From: Chiloscyllium plagiosum
Taxonomy: Eukaryota
Assembly: GCF_004010195.1 (NCBI RefSeq)
Contig: NC_057718.1
Location: forward strand, 1,408,346 to 1,472,345
Direction of reading: 5' to 3'
DNA length: 64,000 nucleotides
A program made the position numbers and the translations under genes. The notes beneath the pieces are model-generated. The model had not been told where the DNA came from. It ran no database searches and saw nothing but the letters and a program-made list of their open reading frames with translations. Position 1 is the first letter of the stretch. The number at the start of each line of letters is the position of its first letter. This document shows positions 1-11,880 of the stretch, one piece after another.

Positions 1-760
1 GACAACATGAGCAACCCTCCAGTCCTCCGGCACCTCACCTGTGTTTAAGGATGCCACAAAGTTATCTGTCAGGGCCCCAACTATTTCCTCTCTCGCCTCC
101 CACAGCAACTTGGGATAGATCCCATCCAGTCCTGGGGATTTGTCCACCTTAATAACCTCTAGCCTCCCAACACATCTTCCCTACCTATGTCAACGTGATC
201 GAGACTAATCAAACTTCTATCTCTAATCTCAACATTCATATGTTCCTCTCCTCAGTGAACACTGATGCAAAGTAATCATTCAGAATCTCACCCATTCTCT
301 CAGGCTCAACACACAGCCTTCCTTCAATATCCTTTAGTGGACCAATCCTTTCTATTAGTACCCGCTTACTTCTTATATAAGAATAAAAAGCTTTGGGATT
401 CTCCTTAATTCTGCTCATTAAAGCTATTTCATGACGCCTTTTACCCGCTTGATTCCTTGTTTAAGACCGGTCCTACTCTTCCGATATTCCTCCAGGGCCC
501 ATTCTGTTCTCAGCTGCCTTGACCTTATGTATGCTTCCGTTTTCCTCTTGGCTAGTCGTACGATTGCTCCTTCATCCACGGTTCATGAGTCTTGCCTTTC
601 CTATCCTTTGCCTTCAACGAAACATGCCTATCCTCCACTGTCTTTAACTTATCTTTGAAAGTCTCCCACATATCAATGTGGACTTCCCTTCAAATAGCTG
701 TGTCCAATCCAGATATCCCAGCTCCTGCCTAATTTTGATATAATTGGCCTTGGCTCAGTT
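1..760 (-). mobile_element. CR1 LINE ORF2 fragment
   Basis: ORF 236..418 RIKENPKAFYSYIRSKRV...IGPLKD...MGEILNDYFASVFT is the typical CR1 segment between endonuclease and RT. Confidence 0.85.
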
Positions 761-849
761 AGCTGGCACTTCACCTGTGCCCAGTGAAGTATGGAGTATC
801 TTCACCAAGACCCCAGCAAACTTCTCGCTTGTCTCTCATAAGAGCCCGA

Positions 850-1209
850 AAAGTGTTGCGCTGGAAAAGCACAGCAGGTCAGGCAGCATCGGCGAGCAGG
901 AGAATCGACGTTTTGGGCATAAGCCCTTCATCAGAAACTGATGTATCCTGAGCTGTTATGGGATAAAGTGAGGACTGCAGATGCTGGTGTTCAGAGTCAA
1001 AATGTGTGGCACTGGAAAAGCACAACAAGTCAGGCAGCATCCGAGAAGCAGGGGAATCGACATTTCGGGCACAAGTCCTTCATCAGAAACTGAAGGGCTT
1101 TTGCCCGAAATGTCGATTCTCCTGCTCCTTGGATGCTGCCTGACCTGCTGCATTTTTCCAGTGCCACACTTTTTGACTCTGATCACCAGCATCTTCAGTC
1201 CTCACTTTG
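850..1209. mobile_element. Three Penelope-like terminal (pLTR) arms; 965-1209 is a fold-back palindrome
   Basis: 965-1087 and 1089-1209 are reverse complements; 850-936 is a third arm; degenerate CTGATGA...GAAA motifs. Confidence 0.8.
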
Positions 1210-2013
1210 TCCCATAACAAGCCAGGATACATCACATCAGACTCTGGGATTTATGCACCTTTACACCCATTAAATTATCCAACACCTTCTCCTTATTAAT
1301 CTTAACATGTTCTTGAACTTCATCATCCCAGCTGAAATGTCCAACTACAATACATTTCTCTTATGTGAATAAAGATATGAAATATTCATTTTAGACCTCA
1401 CCCATGACCTCTGGCTCCACAGCCCATGGTACTGCCCCATCTCCAGTAGGACTGTCTACATACTGGCACAACATGTTCTCCAAGATGCACTGTAACTTTG
1501 TGACTCCATCTGCTCCTTTCACACTAAGACAATTCCAGTTAATGTTAGCAAAATTGAAGTCCTCCACAGCTATAACACTGTTTCTCTAACACCTTTCTGT
1601 GATTTGCTTACACACCTGCTCCCCTATCTCTCTCTGACTGTTGGGAGATCTGTAGCGAAATCCCAGCAAAGTGAACACCCCTTTTTAATTTCAAAGATCC
1701 ACCTAGATGGCCTCATTTGAAGAGCCCTCTAGGACATTCTCTCTCATGAATGAAATGATGATATACTGAAATAAGTAACAGTACATTTCAAACAAACTGG
1801 TTTATCACTATCTGACAGTGATCAGTCCATACAATGTGCTTATCTACACCCTGGAAAGTGAGGAGATAGACATAATCTGTTGAGTCTAATAGTGTCTTTC
1901 TGTTTATGATAAAAATACCGTCACAATGATGCTGTAGTTTCTTTACTGATAGTTGAATTAATGTATCGGAACGAATAGGGAGATTTAGTGAACACTGAAC
2001 ATCAATCACTTAC

Positions 2014-2092
2014 CTGAACAGAATACATGATGATCTTGAAACACCGGACTGCAAACAGCTTAGGCTCCCACAGTGAGTGGTTATCTAAGTGC
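2014..2092 (-). CDS. EFR3B: EFR3B coding exon 8 (79 bp); gene continues beyond position 1
   Basis: HLDNHSLWEPKLFAVRCFKIIMYSVQ; CAG acceptor, GTAAGT donor; completes the phase-2 codon AT|G from exon 7. Confidence 0.95.
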
Positions 2093-2479
2093 CTGAGGAA
2101 CAAATGACAAGGATTTACTTATATTTACATTGGCCCATCCTGTCAAATTCTGCCATGATAGAACTTTAACAAATTCAATTTTTGTGTCTAACCTTTCTTG
2201 TTGTTAAGTGTTGGGGAGAGTGCATCATGTTTGTTTTCAAATCTTTCCATGTCCTTGTCCCTCCCCGTTCTTTAAACTCCAATTCTGGTTTCTGGTTCAT
2301 CCTTGATTTCAATCGTTTCATCACTGGCAGCTATGCCTTCAGATGCTTGGCCCTAAAGTCTTCAATTTCCTTTCTAAAACTCTCCACCTGCCTTGCTTTC
2401 ATCCTTTAGGAAAAACCATCCCTTTGATCAGACTTCTAGACATCTGACCATAAAGTCAAATTATACAATCATAGAATCA

Positions 2480-3055
2480 TAGAGTGTGGTGCTGGAAAAG
2501 CACAGCCAGTCAGGCAGAATCCAAGGAGCAGGAGAGTCGACGTTTCGAACATAAGCTCTTTGTCAGGAATGGGGGGCTAGCCCAAGGTGGCTGAGAGATA
2601 AATGGGAGGGGGGATGGGGAGAAGGCAGCTGGGAATGCAATAGGTAGATGAAGATGGGGGTGAAGATGATAGGTTGAAAAGGAGGGTGGATCAGATAGGT
2701 GGGAAGGAAGATGGACAGGTAGGACAGTTCAAGAGGTTGGTGCTGAATTGGAAAGTTGGATCTGGGATAAGTGGGGGTAGGGGAAATGAGGAAACTGGTG
2801 AAATCCACATTGATCCTGTGTGGTTGGAGACTCCCAAGGCTAAAAATGAGGCATTCTTCCTCCAGGTTAGGCACCCAGGTCGGGTGGCTAGAGTTTGGCG
2901 GTGGAGGAGGCCCAGGAACTGCATGTCCTTGGTGGAATGGGAGGGGGAGTTAAAGTGTTCAGCCACAGGGTGGTGGGGTTGCTTCATGTATGTGTCCCAG
3001 AGATGTTCTCTGAAACATTCGGCAGGTTGGCATCCTGTCTCCCCAATGTAGAGGA
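2480..3055 (-). mobile_element. Penelope-like retroelement 3' fragment (GIY-YIG C-terminus plus pLTR)
   Basis: HPVAEHFNSPSHSTKDMQFLGLLH and LEEECLIFSLGSLQPHRINVDF in different frames, followed by the same terminal repeat as the short palindromes. Confidence 0.8.
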
Positions 3056-3232
3056 GAGCGAAACTAACTAGGTTAGTTTGGGAAACTTGGTCAGCATGGG
3101 TGAGTTGGGCTGAGGGTCTGTTAACGTGCTGTATGACTCTATGACCAGGATCCTGAATCTGAACAAAGGAACTATGATGGCATGAGACGAGACCTGGACG
3201 TCCTTATACACGAGTCACGAAGCATAAGTCTG

Positions 3233-3732
3233 NNNNNNNNNNNNNNNNNNNNNNNNNNNNNNNNNNNNNNNNNNNNNNNNNNNNNNNNNNNNNNNNNNNN
3301 NNNNNNNNNNNNNNNNNNNNNNNNNNNNNNNNNNNNNNNNNNNNNNNNNNNNNNNNNNNNNNNNNNNNNNNNNNNNNNNNNNNNNNNNNNNNNNNNNNNN
3401 NNNNNNNNNNNNNNNNNNNNNNNNNNNNNNNNNNNNNNNNNNNNNNNNNNNNNNNNNNNNNNNNNNNNNNNNNNNNNNNNNNNNNNNNNNNNNNNNNNNN
3501 NNNNNNNNNNNNNNNNNNNNNNNNNNNNNNNNNNNNNNNNNNNNNNNNNNNNNNNNNNNNNNNNNNNNNNNNNNNNNNNNNNNNNNNNNNNNNNNNNNNN
3601 NNNNNNNNNNNNNNNNNNNNNNNNNNNNNNNNNNNNNNNNNNNNNNNNNNNNNNNNNNNNNNNNNNNNNNNNNNNNNNNNNNNNNNNNNNNNNNNNNNNN
3701 NNNNNNNNNNNNNNNNNNNNNNNNNNNNNNNN
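3233..3732. other. Assembly gap, exactly 500 N
   Basis: N run counted from the coordinates. Confidence 0.99.
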
Positions 3733-3747
3733 TATTTCACTCGACAT
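3733..3747 (+). CDS. ADCY3: 3' tail of an ADCY3 exon, truncated by the assembly gap
   Basis: The first bases after the gap are TAT TTC ACT CGA CAT|GTAAGT (YFTRH, phase-0 donor); ADCY3 has ...YYFSRH immediately before VEKLART. Confidence 0.75.
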
Positions 3748-4105
3748 GTAAGTGCTATGAACTCTGTGAAGGCATCAGGCTTATGGGTAGAGGTCTGTGT
3801 TGAGCAGCAGAGGTCACTTTGTTCGGGATCACTGGGCTGAGGTCCCTGGCTGGGAGCTGGGGAACAGAATGTCTGAGGGTTCTGAAGTCAGAGAGATTAA
3901 TGCAGCATCCACTCGGAAAGTTTGAGAAATGATGTGTGCTGGGTGTAATGTGCTTGGAAAGAACAGGTGATTCTGGAACTGTTCTTTGTGGAGCTATCCC
4001 CATGATGGGTTTCCTAACACCATGTCATAGATTAATTGGTGGATGTTGAGGTGATTTGGAAAAAGAAGACCTGCACTCAAGGCTACTTGTCCTGCATTCA
4101 TCAGG

Positions 4106-4315
4106 GGAGAAAGTGAGGTCTGCAGATGCTGGAGATCAGAGATGGAAATGTGTTGCTGGAAAAGCGCAGCAGGTCAGGCAGCATCTAGGGAACAGGAGAA
4201 TCGACGTTTCGGGCATGAGCCTTCCTGAAGAAGGGCTAATGCCCGAAACGTCGATTCTCCTGTTCCCTAGATGCTGCCTGACCTGCTGCGCTTTTCCAGC
4301 AACACATTTCCACAT
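4106..4315. mobile_element. Fold-back Penelope pLTR element with hammerhead motif and 14-bp TSD
   Basis: Inverted arms; CTGCATTCATCAGG at 4092-4105 and 4316-4329; CTGAAGA-A-GGGC-TAAT-GCCC-GAAACGTC at 4225-4252. Confidence 0.85.
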
Positions 4316-4591
4316 CTGCATTCATCAGGATATAGAAACGTAAAATCTCAAAAGAAACACAAATAATATAATTGCTATTTGCACAAGGAGACCATTCAGC
4401 TTATCCGGTCTGTGCCAGCATTCTGGATGAGCAATTCACTTCATTCCCTTTCTTTCTCTTGGGAAACCTGGACATTCATTCTTTTGAAATCATAGTTCCA
4501 AAACCCTATTGAAAGCCTTGATTGAATTAATCTCCACCACATTCTCAGGCAGCGTATTCCACATTCTCATTACTCACTGAGTCAGAACATT

Positions 4592-4764
4592 ACCTGGAGC
4601 TGGGAGGGTGTGACCTGGAGCTGGGAGGGTGTGACCTGGGGCTGGGAGGGTGTGACCTGGGGCTGGGAGGGTGTGACCTGGAGCTGGGAGGGTGTGACCT
4701 GGGGCTGGGAGGGTGTGACCTGGAGCTGGGAGGGTGTGACCTGGAGCTGGGCAGGGTGCGACCT
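4592..4764 (+). repeat. 21-bp G-rich minisatellite, about 8 copies
   Basis: Unit ACCTGG(A/G)GCTGGGAGGGTGTG read directly. Confidence 0.95.
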
Positions 4765-6343
4765 AGGGCTCCCACATTCAGCTGTGCACATCCAGCTAGC
4801 TACATGGAACTGGGAACAAAAATAGGAGTGACATCACAGGGCTGTCCCTAAATAGCCGTAAATTAGAGAAATATAGTATTTACTGAGGGATTAACTGTGA
4901 AGCATCAGTGACAAGTAAAGGTCAAGGCAGCATAATAACGTAGGATAAATAACAACAATGAGGAATAATGGGATAGGGGCTTGGTTCTTTCAGTTGCTGG
5001 ACCACATGTATTACCAATATCTTGGGTTCAATTCCCGCTCTGGCTGAAGTTACCATGAAGGACTTTTCTTTTCAACCTTGCCTGTCATCTGAGGCATAAT
5101 GACCATCAGATTCAACCAGCACCAGTCATCTCTGTCTAAAGGGAACGTAGCCCTATGGTCCAGTAGGACTCAGCCTATTTCAGCTTAATGGTAGAATAGT
5201 TAATGATAGAAAGCAGAATAGAAGAATACTAAAGTTAAGGAAAAGGGAGTATCTTCAAGATTAAGTAATAAGAAGAGTTGGGAAGCAAGCCTTAGTGAGT
5301 TTAAGACATTAGCAGGTGACCTGTCTGACCTGTCATAAGTAAGAAGTTCTTTCCTGAACAGAGAGGGTGATAACACAGAGGTTATGATACAAACAACAGA
5401 GATAAAATGAGTTCTTGCATCAAGAGTTTAAGCAGCAAGGCAGCAGACTAAAGAGCAGGACCTCAAAGGTTGTAATCTCTGGCTCATTCCCAGTCCCATG
5501 TGCCAGCAACTACAGAAATCGGAGTAAGGGCAGATGGATGTATGACTTAAGAGCTCGAACAAGAAGGAAGGTTTGAGACTGCTGAATCGCTGGCCATTTC
5601 TGGGGACCTGTATAAGCTGGACCAGAATAGAGTGGGTTTGCTAGTGCATTTGGAATGAAGTTAACACAATGTGTTAGGACAACTGGGACACGCTTCCAAG
5701 TGTGGTCTTGCCATGGCTTTATAGAGTTGTAGCATAACCTCGCGGTTCTTAAACTCAATCCTCCTGCTAATGAAAGCCAACACACCATTTGCCTTATGTG
5801 TGCACGTTTTCACATAATAGCATGACTCAATGGTACTGAGGCCAATTGGCACTCTGCAATTCTCTCACCAGCTTTGGATGCTGAAAAGTCAACTGAAATT
5901 TGACATTTTTGTTATCTTAAAGGGATAAATGTGTGTAAAGCGATATGTGGAATTATCGATTGAACCACTCCAGATTTTAAGAGAGATCATAAAGGCAGAG
6001 GTGCCAAAATGTCTGGGAAAGAGCCGAATTTAACAACGACAGGGGAGTGGATAATTTTCCCAGTTCAGGTTGTTAAAGTTTCTTTTAGTTGTAAAAGTGA
6101 AAAGTGGCTGCAGTCCAGAGAAAGGTTCCAAGCTTCAGCAGATGACTCTTGTTTGGTCTCTCTCTTTGAAATCTCTGCTGCCCGTAAGAACCTGTGTTTG
6201 AATTTACCTTTTTGTTAGAGGGCGTATTTATGAGGTGTTACGGGAATTAGAACAGCTCCTTTCTTAAGTTGTGGCATGGAGTCAGTTGAGATTTTAAATA
6301 GTTAATTTATTCTAAGTTCTGTTTTCATTTGTTCATGTTTTAG

Positions 6344-7552
6344 CTGTAGTGTTTAAATTAATTCTGTTTGCTTAAAGCTGAGTGGTTTGACTAGTTGCAT
6401 CATCCTTGGAATAGCCACTTCACGGAGGAGATAGTGAGGACTGCAGATGCCGGAGATCAGTGTCGAGAGTGTGGTGCTGGAAAAGCACAGCCGGTCAGGC
6501 AGCATCTGAGGAGCAGGAGAATCGATGTTTCAGGCATAAGCCCTTCATCAGGAATTCCTCTGCTCCTTGAATAGCCATTTCACATCTGGCTTTAAAGTAA
6601 GAAAAAGTTAGGGTCTCGCCTATCTTCATAAAATATTCATATGATATTCGAGGGAGTCTGGCCTGCTGAGTTGTTTAATTGGACGTGGCAGGACTGCAGA
6701 GATTGCATCTGATCTCTTGGTTGTGGGATTACTTAGCTCTGTCTATCATTCCTTGCTTATGGTGTTTGGCATGTGGGAGTCCTGTTTTGTAGCTTCATCA
6801 GGTTGACACCTCATTCTCGGTGTGTTTGATGCTGCTCTGGGCGTGCCCTCCTGCACTCTTTGTTGAGCCAGCATTGATCCCATGGCCTGATGGTAATGGT
6901 TGAGTAGGGAATATGTTGGTTGCAGATTATGTTGGAATACAGTTCTGCTGCTGCTGATGGCCCACAGCGCCTCATGGGTGCTCAGTGTTGAGTAGCGGGA
7001 TTAATTCAAAATCTATCCCATTTAGTGTAATGATAATGTCACACAACATAATGGAAGGGACAGTAAGATTCTCTGTCTCTCTTTCCTAAAAATGTGTGAT
7101 GGACTAGGCCAGACCACTCAAACCACTCTTATGCAGGAAGCCCCAGACCATAACTTTGCAGTTTGTTTCGGTAAGTGTACAGTGAAAATTACCCCGATTA
7201 AGTTAGCAAGGTTGACTACCAGGTTTTAAAACGGACAAAAGTTTATTCACAAAATTAGACAATGACAAACCACAGAATAAAGAACTCCTACTGAACACAA
7301 TCTATCCAAACCACACTTAATTATGCTGTTCTGAATATATACAACAGTCCCAATAAACAAACCCTTAAAAAACAGTACAAATGGAACAAATGCTCACAGG
7401 TTGAAGTCAGAAGGGCAGAAAGAGAGAGAGTTTGTTTCCACACAGCTCACTGTTGAACTCCCAACTAGTTGTGGACAGAACTAAACTGCTCAGTTAGAGA
7501 GCTGACCACTCCCCTTTCATTATACAGGTCACTTCTAAAACATGACCACTTT
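6344..7552 (+). repeat. Left arm of a 1209-bp near-identical inverted duplication
   Basis: Reverse complement of 10672-11880; equal length, only a few substitutions seen. Confidence 0.92.
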
Positions 7553-7667
7553 CAAAATCCTTTTCATCTCTGTAACCAGTCTGATCGGAGTCCGGCCTGG
7601 TTTATTACCCCTGTGAAACGCCTCATGAGTGCTCAGTGTTAAGTAGCTGGATTAGTTCAAAATCTAG

Positions 7668-7888
7668 GTAAAAACAATGACTGCAGATGCTGGAAACCAG
7701 ACTCTAGATTAGTGTTGCTGGAAGAGCACAGCAGTTCAGGCAGCATCCGAGGAGCAGTAAAATCGACGTTTCGGGCAAAAGCCGTTCATCAGGATGCTGA
7801 GCACCCATGAAGCGTTTCCTGATGAAGGGCTTTTGCCCGAAACGTTGATTTTACTGCTCCTCGGATGCTGCCTGAACTGCTGTGCTCT
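7668..7888. mobile_element. Fold-back Penelope pLTR element (second subfamily) with hammerhead motif
   Basis: Inverted arms; CTGATGA-A-GGGC-TTTT-GCCC-GAAACGTT at 7819-7846; flanked by TTAGTTCAAAA(T/G)CTA direct repeats. Confidence 0.8.
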
Positions 7889-8449
7889 TAGTTCAAAAGC
7901 TATCCCATTGAGTGTAATGATAATGTCATACAACATAATGGGAGGGACAGTAAGATTCTCTGTCTCTCTTTCCTAATAGCCCAGATTTTGTTAGCACTAA
8001 AGTAGAGGCCATCCTTATGCCCTGAGACATAACATGGCTGAACTCCCTCTGCCTTTATTCCCTTCCTAAAGTAACCGGTGTCCCAGCTGGCGAGTGCAGA
8101 TGGCCTCTACTTTAATGTTAGCAATATTATGAGCAAGACAGTTGAGTTAGGGTGTGGATTGACATTTGGAATTCCGATGTTGCCACAGGGAAATGGTTGA
8201 GGGAGGAGCAGGACTGACAATTCCACATTCTGGGGTATGGGATCTCAGACAGGGCAGGAAGGGCAGCCTGAATTCAAAATGGGCTCACTAAGTGAGAGTG
8301 GTTTTAAAAGGCTATATGTGTGACTGAAGGCTGATGTACATTGGAAACTGGTGTTCCACAGGTATCACTGCTGGGCCTTGAATCGTTTGTGGAACATATA
8401 ACCAATATAGATGAGAATGTTGGGGGTGGGGGAGCATAATAAGTTTGAA

Positions 8450-10030
8450 AATGACTAAAAAAGCAATAACCTCAGAGAAGATCAAATATGAGTGTAAGCT
8501 ATCGAGGAATATAAGGGAAGATTGCAGAGTTTTCTAGATATCTAAAAGGTAAGAGAGTGACAAGAGTGGACATTGGACCACTGGAAAATGAGGATGGAGA
8601 AGTAGTAAATGGGAACAAAGAAATGGCAGAAGAATTGAATAGGTACGTTGCATCAGTTTTCACTGTGGAAGAAACTAGCAGCAAACCAGGACTTCAGGAG
8701 AGTCATGGATTAAAGGTAGGTGTAGTGACCATCAGTAAGGAGAAGGTGTGTGGGTAGCTGAAAGGCATAAAGGAGGATAAATCACCTGGACCATATGGAC
8801 TACACCCTAGAGTTCTGAAAGAGATGCAGTCGGTGTGTCAGTGTAGTCTTGGTGGACCAAACGGTCCATTCCTGTGCTGAACTGTTCTTTGTTCTTTGAT
8901 GTGCTGGCCTTGGAAGGGTGTCCAGAGAAGGTTCACAACAGTGATCCCAGGGATGAAGTGCTTATCACGTGAGGAGTAGTTGAGGACTCTGGGTCTGTAC
9001 TTAATGGAGTTTAGAAGGATGTAGAATTGTAGAATCCCTATAGCGTTAAAGAAGGCCATTCATCCCATTGGGTCCACACCGACCCTCCAAAAGCACATTC
9101 ACCACCATCTGGCTAAAGAACTTCCTCTTCAACTCAGTTCTAAAGGGTCATTGCTTCACTCTGAGGCAGGATTGCTCAGGTCCTAGACTCTCCTACTGGT
9201 GAAACCATCTTCTCCATGTCCACTCGAAACATGCCTTTCAATATTTTATAAGTTTCAATCAGATCTCCACTGTCCAAAACTACTGACAATATTTCAAATG
9301 TGATCGTATATAGCCTTATTCAGTACTATTTCCCCTGTGATTATAATGTCACCAAATTCCTCTCTCCCTTCAATTTCCTGATTTACAGCTATTCCTGGAT
9401 TTTTTGTATGATCTATGATGAAGCCAGAAGCAAAGTATTTGTTTATTTCAGTATTGTATACTGTTGACTTTCCCAGTCTCACTGTTGTGAGGACCAACAC
9501 TCAATTTACTTCTTTCCTTTTTAAATACCTATAGGAACTTTCGCTGTTTGTTTTTCTATCTCCAGCTAGCTTTCTCTTCTACTCCACGTTCTTTCTCCTG
9601 GTCAATATTTTAGTTATTCTCTGTCAATTTTTATATTCTGACCAATTATCTGACCTGTCACTCATCTTTGTGCAGTTATATGCTTTTTTATATGAGGTTT
9701 AAGCTTTTCCTAACTTCTTTAGTTGACCACGAATGAAGGGTCTTCGCGTTTGAATTTTTAAATTAGAGATATACTTAGTTTACGTATTCTCAAATATCCC
9801 TTTAAATGTCATCTGCTGTGTTCAATTGGTCGAACCCCTAACCAAGTTACGTCAGTTCACTTCAGCAAGCCCATCTTTCATGGCTGCATAGTTACCTCTA
9901 TTTAAGTTTAAAACATTAGCTTTAGACCTATTCATCTTTATTTTCAAACTAGACATAAAATTTAACCACATAGTGGTCACTGCTACCTAGGATAATTTTA
10001 ATCCTAAATTATTAATTAATCCTGTCAGAT
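8450..10030. mobile_element. Degraded CR1 fragments (plus strand 8450-9020, minus strand 9060-10030)
   Basis: ORF 8557..8757 IGPLENEDGEVVNGNKEMAEELNRYVASVFTVEE. Confidence 0.75.
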
Positions 10031-10671
10031 TTGTTATGACTGCAATGAGAGGCGTGAGCTGCTGATCAACTTCCACTGCTGCACAAGCTGCATCATCAGT
10101 GTAAATCCTTGATTGAATCACCAAAATGTGATATTGTTTCCTTTATTATTGTTGCCCAGAATAAGAGACTTGAAACAGGTTTCATTTATTGAGAAACCAT
10201 GATAATTCAAGATAATTCTTTTTAAAAAACCAAGACAGCACATCTCTGCAGAGAGGGTCTTTTTCCTAACTAGGAAAGAAAGGAAAAGTGAAAGACGTTG
10301 GGCCCCAGATCAGACCTCACTTCCGATGGAAGGTCAGTTAGACTTAGGTCTTTGAATAGAAGTAACAGCTCAGATGTCAAACTTTATGAAGTGGTCAGAA
10401 TATTGATATTTGGGAACATTCTCATTTTCCAAAAAATCCTTCAGTGAGATAGAGATATGTGCAGCTTGTCCCGCTGGAAGATTTCTTCTTACATTTGTCA
10501 CAAAGCTTGTCGTCTTTTTACTAAAAGCTGTTCCTTGGCTCAAGGAGACTCTGTCCTTGATTTTTTCACAGGGGTAATAAACCAGGCCGGGCTCCGATCA
10601 GACTGGTTACAGAGATTAAAAGGATTTTGAGAGGCCTTTTATTTATATGTAAACAGATAAGACTTCAGGCC

Positions 10672-11880
10672 AAAGTGGTCATGTTTTAGAAGTGACCTGT
10701 ATAATGAAAGGGGAGTGGTCAGCTCTCTAACTGAGCAGTTTAGTTCTGTCCACAACTAGTTGGGAGTTCAACAGTGAGCCGTGTGGAAACAAACTCTCTC
10801 TCTTTCTGCCCTTCTTACTTCAACCTGTGAGCATTTGTTCCATTTGTACTGTTTTCTAAGCGTTTGTTTATTGGGACTGTTGTGTATATTCAGAACAGCA
10901 TAATTAAGTGTGGTTTGGATAGATTGTGTTCAGTAGGAGTTCTTTATTCTGTGGTTTGTCATTGTCTAATTTTGTGAATAAACTTTTGTCCGTTTTAAAA
11001 CCTGGTAGTCAACCTTGCTAACTTAATCGGGGTAATTTTCACTGTACACTTACCGAAACAAACTGCAAAGTTATGGTCTGGGGCTGCCTGCATAAGAGTG
11101 GTTTGAGTGGTCTGGCCTAGTCCATCACACATTTTTAGGAAAGAGAGACAGAGAATCTTACTGTCCCTTCCATTATGTTGTGTGACATTATCATTACACT
11201 AAATGGGATAGATTTTGAATTAATCCCGCTACTCAACACTGAGCACCCATGAGGCGCTGTGGGCCATCAGCAGCAGCAGAACTGTATTCCAACATAATCT
11301 GCAACCAACATATTCCCTACTCAACCATTACCATCAGGCCATGGGATCAATGCTGGCTCAACAAAGAGTGCAGGAGGGCACGCCCAGAGCAGCATCAAAC
11401 ACACCGAGAATGAGGTGTCAACCTGATGAAGCTACAAAACAGGACTCCCACATGCCAAACACCATAAGCAAGGAATGATAGACAGAGCTAAGTAATCCCA
11501 CAACCAAGAGATCAGATGCAATCTCTGCAGTCCTGCCACGTCCAATTAAACAACTCAGCAGGCCAGACTCCCTCGAATATCATATGAATATTTTATGAAG
11601 ATAGGCGAGACCCTAACTTTTTCTTACTTTAAAGCCAGATGTGAAATGGCTATTCAAGGAGCAGAGGAATTCCTGATGAAGGGCTTATGCCTGAAACATC
11701 GATTCTCCTGCTCCTCAGATGCTGCCTGACCGGCTGTGCTTTTCCAGCACCACACTCTCGACACTGATCTCCGGCATCTGCAGTCCTCACTATCTCCTCC
11801 GTGAAGTGGCTATTCCAAGGATGATGCAACTAGTCAAACCACTCAGCTTTAAGCAAACAGAATTAATTTAAACACTACAG
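10672..11880 (-). repeat. Right arm of the 1209-bp inverted duplication
   Basis: Mirror of 6344-7552: a composite of LTR-like, pLTR and LINE pieces with identical junctions. Confidence 0.92.

Noticed and set aside
956..1217. Recurrent mirrored ORFs (KCVAGKAQQVRQH...CCLTCCAFPATHF) on both strands at several loci, resembling a Cys-rich peptide family
   Set aside because: They are translations of the palindromic pLTR repeats; they have no splice or codon support and appear on both strands only because of the symmetry.
3172..3751. Long ORFs spanning N-runs (also near 20802, 23805, 49701 and 52021)
   Set aside because: Artefacts of translating through assembly gaps.
4592..4764. CRISPR-like or repeat-protein reading of the 21-bp array
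   Set aside because: There are no unique spacers, the context is eukaryotic, and the ORFs are trivial minisatellite translations.
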